DNA of 64,000 bases from the NCBI GenBank assembly GCA_964106645.2, contig OZ067051.1. One strand, written 5' to 3'. A program made the position numbers and the translations under genes. The stretch comes from Podarcis pityusensis. Taxonomy: Eukaryota. How positions within the stretch are numbered: position 1 is the stretch's first letter; every line of letters begins with the position of its first letter. The notes beneath the pieces are model-generated. The model searched no databases. It had not been told where the DNA came from and worked only from the letters and a program-made list of their open reading frames with translations. Shown here piece by piece: positions 37,018 to 49,400 of this stretch.

Positions 37018-37824
37018 GTTGTGATCCTAACTGTGATAAGAAGAAATTAATGCCTATACTAAGAGAGGAGATGAGGCATATTTTCTGTGTTTTAAAATTA
37101 CTACTCCTGATTTACTTGTTATTGAGGGTTTTTTCCCTGACTGAAAAGCATTAATAATAATGTGATTTGCCTTAAGAAGGAAAATTTAAATCTTGAAACA
37201 CCAGTCTTAATTTGGGAAGACACCTTTTAGTCACTTGAACATCACCAAAATAAATTTTATTTGGCTTCCTTAGGATTCCTTTGAAGTGTATCTTGCAACA
37301 GTAAGCTGGGTGCATTTTATGCACGCTCTCCCTCTGGGCATAATTTTGCATCCATTTGGTAGATTTCTAGGTCATCTGCCATCACCCTGCTCTACATTTG
37401 TAAGTGACAAGTAAGGCAAGGGCGAGGTGTCTGGTTTTTTTTTTGTTTTTTCAGTAATTCCTTCAGTATTCCCTTAAGAAAACAGCCAGCAAGGGATCAT
37501 CATATTCTCTGTGTTCACCTGTCTAAAGACTCATTGACTACTCCATTGATTGGTTCACTCAATCATAAGATGCTTATGGTCTTGTCTGGGTCCCCATGAT
37601 TGCTAAGCAAGTCTTCTCTCCCCCCCCCCCCATCCGCATGAGAATTTGGGCCTTTTGATTACCTTTTGATTACCAATATTTGCTCTCATTTGATCACCAG
37701 TGTCACTTGCATAATTTATAGTAGTTTGTCTGCATTTATTATTTTGAATTATTACTGATGGTGCATAATAAAACATGATTTTTGTTTCTCTACTTAGTTC
37801 TTTCTAAAACTAAATGAGCTTTAA

Positions 37825-38616
37825 TTGGCAGCCCAAACTAACAAAATGAGTTTCAATAGGGACAAATGTCAGGTTCTGCACTTAGGCAGGAAGAACCAGA
37901 TACACAAATATAGGATGGGGGACACCTGGTTTACTAGCAGTACATGTGAAAAGGATCTAGGGGTCTTAGTGGACCACCAGAAGCTTGACATGAGTCCACA
38001 GTGTGATGCAGCAGCAAACAAGCAAATACTATTCTAGGCTGCATCCACAGAAGTTTAGTGTCCAGGTCAAAGGAAGTAATAGTCCCACTCTATTCCGCCT
38101 TGGTCAGATCACACCTGGAATCCTGAGTCCACATCTGGGAACCACAATTTAAGAAGGATATTGACAAGCTGGAACGTATGCAGAGGAGGGAGACCAAGAT
38201 GATCAAGGGTCTGGAAACCAAGCCTTCTGAGGAGCGCTTGAAGGAGCTGGGTATGTTTAGCCTGGAAAAAAGGAGACTGAGAGGAGATATGATAGCCTTT
38301 TCACATATCTCAAGGGCTGTCACATGGAAGATAGAGCAAGCTTCTTTTCTCCTGCTCTGGAGGGGAGGACTTGAACCAATGGCTTCATGTTGCAAGAAAG
38401 GAGATTCTGACTAAACACCAGGAAGAACTTTCTGACAGTAAGAGTTGTTTGGCAATGGAACAGTCTCCTGTGGGAGTTGGTGGACTCTACTTCCTTGGAA
38501 GTTTTTGAGCAGAGGTTGGATGGCCATCTGTCAGAGATGCTTTAGCTGAGATTCCTGCATTGTAGAGGGTTGGACTAGATGACCCTCAGGGTCCCTTCCA
38601 ACGCTACAATTCTATG
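37825..38616 (+). mobile_element. CR1 LINE 3' fragment
   Basis: NKMSFNRDKCQVLHLGRKN...CEKDLGVLVD and [12 protein letters not shown]...[12 protein letters not shown]-type motifs; CR1 terminus. Confidence 0.9.
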
Positions 38617-39387
38617 AACCTTATGCATGTTTGTCGCTTTCAGTGAGGCGTATCTCCAGGTAGCTGGGAATAAGATTGCAATCTTAGTTTACTGAAACAC
38701 TGGGTACAATCTGAGAAGGACTATACCACACAATATTGCTGAACTTTTGGTTTGTCACTGACAAGAAGGAGCACAAAAACTGCCACACTGGCAGGATAGG
38801 TGTGGTAGGTGACTGCCATATACAAGCTGAAGAACAGTTAGAGCAATACCTGGGACAGGAGAAGTTGGTTTTGAAGAGGGAGCAATTTAAATAATGCAAA
38901 TGGGGTCTAGAGAGAGAAAAGAAATCCTGATAACACTTTACTAGAGAAAACTGAAGAACAGTGTATAATTTGAGGGAAAACAAATGGAGAATAGAATCAT
39001 AGTTTTGTCTTTCTTACTGCAGGCCTTGTACATAGCAGAGAGACACTCAACTAAACCATACTGAGATAAAACTTACAAAGACCTACACAGCCAATTTCAG
39101 CACATGCTAACAGATCCACCACCACAATGCTTCTTGGTTAGATGACTTACTGGTAGTCAAATTAACTCTCAAGTTACAAACTGAACGATCTCTGTAGTTG
39201 CACTGTACCTTTACTGTGCACAGGGAGATGTTAGACTTGCAGAATAGATTTTGTTGCTCAATAACCTTGAAATTTGCTCAGAGCCGGCCTAAGACATCTT
39301 GCCGTCTGAGGCCAAGGACAAGATGGCACCACATTCCCTTCCACCTACAGAACTTTAGAAGATTGGCAGTAGAATCTTGGTTCTTGC

Positions 39388-39490
39388 ATTTATATCCCAC
39401 CTCCCGTCATGGGTTTTAAGGCTACATATATGTGGTTCCCAGATGGTCACCCACCCAGACACAGATAAGACCCAGACATGCTTAGCACCA
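39388..39490 (-). mobile_element. Possible 5S rRNA-derived SINE fragment
   Basis: Minus strand gctaagcatgtctgggtc...gggtgggtgaccatctgggaacc resembles the 5S A/C-box region. A similar segment lies at ~54760-54850. Confidence 0.4.
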
Positions 39491-39548
39491 TCAACGGGGG
39501 GGGGGGGGATTTCTTGTGTGCCTTGGGACCAAAACTGACATCAGCTTA

Positions 39549-40417
39549 CAGGTGAAACTCGGAAAATTAGAATATGTTGGAAAAGTTCATTTATTTCAGT
39601 AATTCAACTTAAAAGGTGAAACTAATATAAGAGATAGACTCAAGACATGCAAAGCGAGATATGTCAAAGCCTTTATTTGTTATAATTGTGATAATCATGG
39701 CTGATGAAAACCCCAAATTAACAATCTCAGAAAATTAGAATATTAAATGAAACCAGCAAAACAAGGACTGCAAATAGAGCAATATTGGACCTCTGAGAAG
39801 TAGAAGCATGCATATGTACTCAGTACTTGGTTTGGGCCCCTTTTGCATCAATTACTGCCTCAATGCGGCGTGGCATGGATGCTATCAGCCTGTGGCACTG
39901 CTGAGGTGTTATGGAAGACCAGGATGCTTCAATAGCAGCCTTCAGCTCTTCTGCATTGCTGGGTCTCATGTCTCTCATCTTTCTCTTGGCAATGCCCCAT
40001 AGATTCTCTATGGGGTTCAGGTCAGGTGAGTTTGCTGGCCAATCAAGCACAGTAATCCCATGGGCATTGAACCAGGTTTTGGTACTTTTGGCAGTGTGGG
40101 CAGGTGCCAAGTCCTGCTGGAAAATGAAGTCAGCATCCCCATAAAGCTCGTCTGTGAAAGAAAGCATGAAGTGCTCCAAATTCTCCTGGTAGATGGCTGC
40201 GTTGACCCTGGACTTAATGAAGCAGAGTGGACCAACACCAGCTGATGACATGGCTCCCCAATTCTCTTTTCTGATGAGAGCAGCTTTTGCATCTCATTTG
40301 GAAACCAAGGACCCAGAGTCTGGAGGAAGAATGGGGAGGCACACAATGCCAGATGCTTGAAGTCCAATGTGAAGTTTCCACAGTCTGTTGATTTGGGGAG
40401 CCATGTCATCAGCTGGT
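39549..40417 (-). mobile_element. Truncated IR/DR-type Tc1 (DD34E) transposon: one long TIR plus transposase C-terminus, with an inverted segment
   Basis: TA|CAGGTGAAACTCGGAAAATTAGAATAT end with inner direct repeat at 39726-39743. Minus ORF FIFQQDLAPAH...WPANSPDLNPIENLW...AKGAQTKY* (34 residues between D and E). LFSDES segment lies on the plus strand at 40261-40417. Confidence 0.92.
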
Positions 40418-40683
40418 TCCTAAGAAACCTTGCTGCTTGGGGTAAAGATAATATGGTGTCTCCCACACCCCAATTTCTTCACTGAAGCCAATGACACTTC
40501 TTAGCTTTTACTTAGGGGTGAATACGTCAGTTTCAGTTACTCCCCATTTCTCGTTTTGCCAGTCTGAAGCTCAATTCTCTGCACCAGTTTCCAATAAATA
40601 AATAAAAAACTTATTTTTTTATAGAGCATTATAGAGCAAATTTCCCCTAACAAATGGATTTTTGTATGCAATTTTGTCTAGTA

Positions 40684-40925
40684 CAGTGGTACCTCGGGTT
40701 AAGAACTTAATTCATTCTGGAGGTCCGTTCTTAACCTGAAACTGTTCTTTACCCGAGGTACCAATTTAGCTAATGGGGCCTCCTGCTGCTACTGTGCCGC
40801 TGCCACACGATTTCTGTTCTCATCCTGAAGCAACTTTCTTAACCCGAGGTAATATTTCTGGGTGAGTAGAGTCTGTAACCTGAAGCGTCTGTAACCTGAA
40901 GCATCTATAACCCGAGGTACCACTG
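40684..40925. mobile_element. pogo/Tigger-like MITE
   Basis: TA|CAGTGGTACCTCGGGTTA ... TAACCCGAGGTACCACTG|TA perfect TIRs. Confidence 0.9.
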
Positions 40926-43348
40926 TATACACATTTTGCAAAGCAATTTCTTGGCAATATGATGCTTTTTGGTACATTATTTTAACTAATATATGCATTT
41001 GTATGGATTCTTTAACCCAGCATATGTGCTTTTGTACACATTACTCAGACAGAGGTAATTCAGAAACACGAGAATTTCAAAGAGTGCCTGGTGTCTGGTT
41101 CATGTATTGTTTCAGGAAATGTGAATTAGGTAAGTTCACCCTGAAAATGCAAAGTGAGCCAAACTTCTCCTCCATCCTAGTCTGATGTCAGCATTGCTTA
41201 CTGGTCTGAGGGCAGCTGGGAACACAACTCCATTCTCCAATACCTCACTGCGGCTGCCCACCCTCAGCATCAGAGGAGCCAACTCCTAGGGGCCAAGGGC
41301 CCTTCACCCCCCTCCCAATAAAATATTTGAGGGGGCCGGGACCCCCCAAAGTTTTTTAAAATGTATTTTTATTAAAGATTTTCTTGATTTACAAAAGTGT
41401 GTGCAATGTCTCTCTTAGTCCCCCCCCCCCCATGTAATATTTTCCCTTTTTTTACAAATCGGTTTCATTTGTTGAGACATTAGGAAGAAAAGGGGGAAAG
41501 AGGTGGATGGGGGGAAAGATGAGTGGGGGTGGGGTCAGGTGGCGATGTTTCTATTTTACTTAATATATGTGGGCTTTGGTGTCAGCGTCGCTTGTGCAGG
41601 TTCTCTGCTGTTCACTTGTGTTCCTTTGGTGGTGAGAGGTTGGGGTTGGCCCAGGGTGTGGTTGTTCATTTGTGGTTGGCTGTGGTGGTCGTTGTTTTCA
41701 TGTGTGAGTGGGGTGGGTGGGTGTTTTTGCCCAATCACAGAGAAATAAAAATTGCCCCACAAAATCCCCATTCCCCCAAAATGGCCCCTAGTGGCTGAGC
41801 ATGGCATTTCCTGCTTCAGTTTGTTCTTCCCTCGTCATCTGCCTTTAAATGAACTACAGTATCAGGGTTATGGTAAAATATTCAAATTCTTCCACTGTTT
41901 TTATGTTTTTATACTTTTCCTTAAGGGGAGCATAAAACACCTTCTTAATAGCACCCCTAATTAAGAGCACATTAAACTCACACATTTTATATAGCACTTT
42001 CCGGAGCAGACACAGAGAGAAAGCAAACTTTGATTTCTGCTATAATTTTACCTTCAGTCAAAACTGAATAATTCATCACCCGGCAATGTCTAACGTATAG
42101 ATGAATGTGTAATACCCCCAAGTTGTAAGAGACTTCATTAAGGCCTGATTTCGGAAACGGACGCAAGTACTGTAACTGCTCTACTTTAACTGGAGTGCTG
42201 GTCCATCTGCTTTTCCATCTGTAACGTCATTTTACGTATATCAAAAGGAAACTGATGGCCTTCTAAAGAGGATAAACCCCTAAAGGGCAGGGTGAGAGAA
42301 TCCAGCGAAAAAGCCTATGAACAAGAATATTGAAAGAATCTCAATGCTATGCTGTCTAATGTTTTGCAGGTGAAGAGGAGACCTGTTCAATGTGCTCCTA
42401 CCCTTCTCATCCGTCTCCACCAATTTATTTCACACCACTGAAGGCCCTATCCTGCCTGGCATATGAAGGCTGTATTCAGCATACCCTAAAACAGCTTCCA
42501 GCCACTGCTTTTTAAGAATCAAGCTGTGGGTTGTCCTTTTGCTTTAAAAACATTTTAAAATGTTCTGAACAGTGGTTCAGAACATACCTTAGGCCACGTT
42601 CCAGTGGGCTTGAAATGGCAGGATGTGCACTGCTGTGGTTCTTGTGCACATTCATTTATTTAAGAGCATCAGAAGAGCCTTCAGGATCAGGCCAAAGGGG
42701 GAGGCATCTAGTCCAACACCTTGTTCTCACAGTGGCCAACCAGGTGCCTGTGGGGAACCTGAAAGCAGGCCCTGAGCCCAGGAGCCCCCTCCCCACCTGG
42801 GGCTTCCAGCAACTGGGATTCAGAAGCATTCCCGCCTCCCACCATGGAGCTGGCAGCTGTCAGTCGCCCTCTCCTCCACCACCGGCTAAACCTCTCTAAA
42901 AGCCACCCAGGTCCTGGGGAGCAAGTTCCAGAGGTCAGCTCTGTGCTGCTTGAAGGACTTCCTTTGATCTGTGCTGAACCTTTCATCATTCAGCTTCATC
43001 TGATGTCCACAAGTTCTAGTGTTATGAGAGAAGGAGAAAAGAACTTCTCTATCCACCTTCTCCATGCCATGAAGGATTTTATAAACTCCCACCATGCCGT
43101 CTCTTACACACCTTTTCTCTAAACGAGGAAGTCCCAAATGCTGCAACCTTTCTTCATAGGGAAGTCACTCTGTCCCCTTGAAAACTTTGGTTGCCCTTTT
43201 CTGAAACGTTTCCAATATTTTTGCCTGCCATCCCAATCTCCAAGTAGTGTAAGATTCCAGGGGTTCCAGGAGCTTCCCCAGGGTTCGGTTTCCTTTGGAA
43301 TAAGGTACAGCAGACTGTGCTGTTTTTATGACATATGGTTTATTTACA

Positions 43349-43384
43349 CATTCATTCATTCATTCATTCATTCATTCATTCATT
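43349..43384 (+). repeat. (CATT)n microsatellite
   Basis: Read directly. Confidence 0.9.
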
Positions 43385-43529
43385 TACAGAGCCACTTCCT
43401 TTGTTACCTTAATGGCCCATGCTGGCCACCACCTCAACAGGAAACTAGCCTGGCTATTCCAGGAATTAAATCCACACTGGATCCAGGAATTAGAGGATGG
43501 ATCTAATTCATATTTCACAGGAGTCCTTT

Positions 43530-43800
43530 GAACATTGTTATCATCAATAATATATGAAATAATTTGCCAAGTAGATGAAAAAGAATCTTTTTTACATTTG
43601 CCCTCTAGCATACTTTCATTTTTGAGTTAATTTTTCAACAGTGGCTATAGCCCAGTTTTGACTATAAAATAATAAATCCTTATTTAATCCTTCTAAATAT
43701 TTCCATTTTCTTCCAATAACCATCATGGCAATTAACAATAAATATAGAATCAACTCTTTATTCAAACCATCTTCAGTTGTCCTATCCATATCCCTCACCA
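43530..43800 (-). mobile_element. Old L1-clade ORF2 C-terminal fragment
   Basis: ELILYLLLIAMMVIGRKWK...WAIATVEKLT resembles the L1 C-terminal IAxxWK / EKLT region. Confidence 0.45.
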
Positions 43801-44310
43801 AAGTGTGCTGAAAGGTTGGTCCTTTGTTTCATCATCCGTCATCTACACTAATTAAGGAACTAGAGAGTCAGTTGCATCTCTCTGCTTAACCCTACACAAA
43901 ACCATTCCCATAGCATGAGACAAATAAGGGTCACAAAAACAAAACACTTTTGCAAGAAGCAGGATTAATAAAAGCTCGTAGTAGATCATCATCTGCAGGG
44001 AAGGGCTGTAGCTCAGCAGCAAAGCATCTGGTTTTCGTACAGAGGGCCCCAGGGCTGATCTTAGGCTGTGTACACACTGCACCATTAATGTGCATTGGAA
44101 GCACATTTTCCCCTAGCAGAATTCTGGCACTGCTGAGAATTCTGACTCTATAATGGGTAAACTACAGCGCCCAGAATTATTTGAGGGAGGAAATGTGCTT
44201 GTCAGAGGAGACAATGCTAGACCAGAAAGACCCAGCAAAGGGCAGTTTCCAATGTTATGAACACAACACAGGAGTCCTGGGTTCAAATCACCTAGTTCTG
44301 CTAGATATTA

Positions 44311-45144
44311 CAGTGGTAACTTGCGTTCTCAAATGCCTTGGTTCCCAAACACCGAAAACCTGGAAGTAAGTATTCTGTTTTTTTAATGTTTTTCGGAAGC
44401 CAAACATCCTACGTGGCTGTTGGCTATTGTTTCCAGTGGCCTGCAACAATCAGAAGCTGCACCTTGGTTTTCAAACATTTTGGAAGTCAAACGGACTTCC
44501 GGAACAGACTAAGTTTGGTGCTTTTGCTATTTATTTTGCATTTTTGTTTTTGAGGCTTTTTTGGTTAATTTGTATTTGTGACTTTGTGGATGATAATTTT
44601 TATCATCTACAATACTCTTGTATTGATTTTATAGTACAGTGGTACCTTGGGTTACATACGCTTCGGGTTACATACGCTTCAGTTTACATATGCTTCAGGT
44701 TACACACTCCGCTAACCCAGAAATAGTGCTTCAGGTTAAGAACTTTGCCTCAGGATAAGAACAGAAATTGGGCTCCGGTGGTGCGGCAGCAGCAACAGCA
44801 GGAGGCCCCATTAGCTAAAGTGGTGCTTCAGGTTAAGAACAGTTTCAGGTTAAGAACAGACCTCCAGAACGAATTAAGTACTTAACCTGAAGTACCACTG
44901 TACAGTACATTGATTATTGCTTTCATTTTATGGATCAATGAAAGCAATGGATACAATGGATACAATCTCGCTAGATAGTAAAATTCAGGTTAAATTGCTG
45001 TTTTAGGGGCTGTTTTTAAAAGTCTGGAACAGATTGATCCATTTTGCATTACTTTCTATGGGAAAGTGTGCCTTGGTTTTGGAATGCTTTGGTTTTGGAA
45101 TGGACTTCTGGAATGGATTAAGTTTGAGAACCAAGGTACCACTG
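44311..45144. mobile_element. pogo/Tigger-like MITE hosting a second MITE
   Basis: TA|CAGTGGTAACTTGCGTTCTCAAA ... TTTGAGAACCAAGGTACCACTG|TA. Confidence 0.8.
44637..44900. mobile_element. Nested MITE, same family as 40684-40925 in opposite orientation
   Basis: TA|CAGTGGTACCTTGGGTTA ... GAAGTACCACTG|TA; shared internal GGAGGCCCCATTAGCTAA. Confidence 0.85.
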
Positions 45145-45599
45145 TATTGCTGTCTCCGCTCCTCAGGTTTCTTCTATCTGCAGAATTGTCATGAAATTGA
45201 ATTCTTGCACTGTCAGGGGAGGTCACATTCGGCCAGATCTTGCAAGGGAGATGCCTGCATGGATGCAAGCAAGCAAGGAGGTGATCCAAGTTGCTCTTGT
45301 CTGGAGTCATCCCGCCCTTGCCCCCGTCATTGCTGAATGTGGCCACCTAAAACAGGGACACTCTTTTTCTAATAATAACACCAGCAACAACTCAACATAA
45401 GCAGAAGGAAACCCAATAACTATTTAAGTGAAAACTCCCTATAGAGGGGCGGTCTCCCCTTGAATCCTGGCTACAACCCTGCCTGCACTAGCCAGAATGC
45501 AGAAGCACCTCGAAGGCCATTTCAGCGGAACCTCCCTCCACAAAGGCAGTCTGCATTTGAACCCCGGCTTCCAGCAGCCCGGCAGGGACTCCTTTGGCA

Positions 45600-46450
45600 G
45601 AACCTCCCATGCAGGGGCAGTCTACCCTCGAAGGCCAGCTTCCGCGCCAAGCCCCTTGCCAGGAGCTCCGCCAGGCCTGCTCCAGCCAAGCCTCCCCGGG
45701 CAGGAGCAGTCTGCCTTGCAACCTTCCCCGTCTGCCTTGGCCTCGCCGGGCGGCCGCTCCCTGCCAGCTCCATGCAGGTTCCCGGGCGCGCTCGGCGCAC
45801 TCAGCTTCCCGGGTTAATTAGTAGTCTCCGTGTGTGGCTGGGAAGCAGGAGAAGGAGCCGTACNNNNNNNNNNNNNNNNNNNNNNNNNNNNNNNNNNNNN
45901 NNNNNNNNNNNNNNNNNNNNNNNNNNNNNNNNNNNNNNNNNNNNNNNNNNNNNNNNNNNNNNNNNNNNNNNNNNNNNNNNNNNNNNNNNNNNNNNNNNNN
46001 NNNNNGCCTGCAAGGAGTCCAGTTCCTTCCTCGGGGGAGGACAAATCCTCCCCGCCCTGCGCTGGCCAGGTAAGGAAGGGGCGCGCGCCAGGCTGGGCTG
46101 TGCCCCCCAGGGCGGGCGGGCGGGCGAGCGAGACAAAGCCCCAGCCCTCAAGAGGATGGGGATGGGCGCAAAGGGCTTTTAGGCTGCCAGCTCTCCTGTG
46201 CATCCTTAGCAGAGGTGGGTGTTTTCTGCATGGATGCCGCCCGCTCCCGGGGGCTCCTTTATTCTCGAAAGTCAGGGGAGGGGGCGATCGAGCCATAGCT
46301 AGAGGCGCAGAAACCCGGAGCCTTGCAGGCTACGCTTCTTGGATCGGGAGGGGGATGCAGACACACTCTTTTTGCACAGGGTGGGATGATGATGTCCAAG
46401 GAATAGTGCGCCTCCTCCTCCCCTCTCTGCATTTGGCGGCGGGGGGGGGG
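45600..46450 (+). promoter_or_regulatory. CpG island with candidate non-coding first exon ending at 46069, probably the APBA2 promoter
   Basis: GC/CpG-rich; strong donor CAG|GTAAGG at 46069/46070. Gene identity rests only on the recalled Fan1-Mphosph10-Mcee-Apba2 synteny in mouse and chicken. Confidence 0.55.
45864..46005. other. Assembly gap (142 N) inside the CpG island
   Basis: N run. Confidence 0.95.
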
Positions 46451-49400
46451 TAATGCCCTCAGAGGACACACCTGTGCCCCCCCTTCATACCCCTCCCCCG
46501 CTCAACTTTTGGCAGTGCAATGCAGGATGCTGTTTTTGCTAGGGCTCTGCATTCCTATTTGCCACCCTTCCTGCCTGCTCTCTCTTTCCATCTCTGCGCA
46601 TCCCTCCCCCCCCCCCAAAGAAACCCACCCTCCACCCACAGTTCCCTTCCCTACTGGGAGGAGAGTGTGGACTTGTATGTCAGAAGTCATATAGCCTTAT
46701 CTCACTAGGTATTTATTGTTGTTATTATTATTTATTTTAAAGCAGTGCAGGTGATTTGGGGGCAGACAGAGCAAAGTGCATGAGAAACCATGCAAGTGTA
46801 CTGCAGGGGCTTTGGAGGGGGGGAGATGTTATCCACTTTTCTTCTTTCCCCCCTCCACTGAAAAGCACACATTTATGGGGGGGGGGGAGCAGAGCACTTA
46901 GAGGTATCACAGACCCAGTGCCTTTGGGTATTTCCTTGGTGTGTTTTTGTTTTATTAAGCATTTTCTGCCAAGATGTGGGTGACGAGGGCAAGGCAATGC
47001 CCCCCACCCACCCACTAGGCTGGCCAATCTGTTGCTATGGCTTGGGGCTCAGAGGAATGAACAGTTGTGCCTGTATGCAGGGGAGGTTTGGGCTGTGAAT
47101 GTCTGGTTTGCAAGGAGACATGGAGACTAAGCAGGGAGATTTTCTCCTCCTGGCACAACCATGGCATCTTTTTTCTTCTCTGCTATTGTGGGACTTGCAG
47201 AGAGGGAGAGAGAGATTTGCTAGCCAAGCCATGGCTGGCTGATCTCCCTCATGCCGGGCGCACAGGAGAGGGAGAACAGTCTCCATCCAGAAAAGAGGCA
47301 AGGAGAGCAGAACCTTCCTTTAAGACCCCCCCCCCCAAGTCTCTTTGCTTTGTTCCGGGTCAACCTGTCTTCGCTGTCATTCCTTGTGATGTGTCCTCCG
47401 TCATCTATCTTTCAACACTGAATTTTATTTATTTATTTATTTATTAAAAACCCTGTTCTGTGATTTAATCCGTGTGACAGAAGTCCTGTGGCATCTGAAA
47501 GATTAGCAGATTGATCACAGGGTGAGCTCAGATGCATATGATTTCTTGCTTAGCCGGACTGACACATCTGCCCCCCCAGGATTTGTGTCTCCAGCATGGT
47601 CTTCTTGATACACAGGATTGGCAGGTGTAAAATGAAACTGGATGTCAGGGCAGAAGGCCAGGCGCCCCCCCCCAAGGGTATGTGGGGTACAGGAGGGGGC
47701 TGGACGATTGTTTGGTCCAGAGTCCAAAATTGAGTAATGACACCTGCATGGGACAATCCTCCAAATCCTCCTCCGACCACATTCTGACCTTCTACATGTC
47801 CAGATATCCCACATGTGTTCTGACCTTGTATCTTGCTCCCAGGTGCGCAATGCTGATGGCTTGGCAGTAGATTTGTTTTAGTCAAGTTGGAAAGATGGAA
47901 GAAGGAAAACCAGGGAAATTCAGCATATCTCTCCCCTTCTCTCTTTCCCTGAGTTTTCCATATATATGGATATATGCCTCCGGTGTAACAACTGAATTGA
48001 AGCTTTTGATCGAGTTATTTCCTCCCCTCCGTAATGAGGTCTGGAGGGAGAAGCTACTCAATTAAAAATTCTCCGCTTCATCTTTCTTGGGGTAAACAGC
48101 GTGACAAATTATAACCTGGTTTTCTTCTCTCTATTCACCCCCCACCTTTATTCTGCTTGGATAATTCTCTCAGATGTTAGCACTGGAAGAGGGGTGGGGG
48201 AGGAGTGGGTTCCCCTCCCTCATCCAGCCCTTAAACACCGAAATTGGGACACAGACCAGAATATTTGAATTGCTGCATTAATGAAATTATTGTGCTTGGT
48301 GCTCCCCACCTACTGGCAGCATTTGTAACATGGAGAGGGGTCCTCTGGTGTTAATGTGTCAAGGGAGGTTGGGCAATGTGCTCTGTGTGCCCCAGTGAGA
48401 AAGTGTGCACTAAAAAAGCAACCCACCCCCAAACCACCCCCTTATGCAGATTGTAGCAATGCTGAATCCTGCCTGTGGAGGTGTGGGCTTTGGGAGACCA
48501 GCTTGCCACAGCTGGTTGGCATCTGTGGCAGAGCCTGAGGTTGCCCCGTGCCTGATGTGGGTGTGGGTGGGCTCAGCACTTGCTGTGCATGGCGCGGATG
48601 GAAGGCTGGGTTTATAAGACCTGCAGAGTTGGACTGCAGAGGGTCAGTGGGGCTGCCTTTGGAGGGTGTCCAGGGCCTGACTCTGCTTTCAATCCAGAAT
48701 GCAGCAGTGATGACAGAAATTATAGGCCCCATTGAACATGGTGGGACCTCTGAGCAAACATCCACAGGCCTTGTGGTGGTGGTCTCTGAAAATCGCTCTG
48801 GTTACCAATATACCTCACTCTATCGAGTTCTTCTTAGTCTTTCCTCTAACACACAGGATGATTTATCCTGTGTCATGATGTCTACATAATGTGCATTTTT
48901 CTGTCACAACCCCCCCTCCCCGGCCTTTTATTTCCTTTGCTGGACAAGGGAGACCTGGGTTCAAATCCTCACTCAGCCACAAAGCTCAGAACTTGAAGCA
49001 ATCACATTCTCTGAGCCTGAGCTTCTTGGAAGAAGGATGGCTTTAGAAACGTAAAAAGCATTGGAAGCGCCTGAAAGGAAGCCTTGCTCAAGCTCTGTTA
49101 CCAGATGGTCTGGTTTTGGGGGTTCACTGAGATGCAGACTTGGGTTTGGGATGCAGCAAAAAGAGGAACATTTGCTGGACATTGGTTTTGACTTTATTAG
49201 TTACATATATAAAAAGAACACTAACAGATCCCCCCCCCTTTCCCATTATGTGACACTTCAGAATTTCTAACTCTTCCAGTTTGGAATTTGCTTATTGCCG
49301 ATACTCTTCTCCTTCAGTGCAAGGCCTATTATCCTTTTTCTCTGGTGTCCTTGTGAAGATGGTAAACAGAAGGTGACTGAATGCTCTCAGACTTGATGCT

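Noticed and set aside
45460-46453. Long ORFs spanning the second N gap
   Set aside because: Inflated by Ns and GC richness; no homology.
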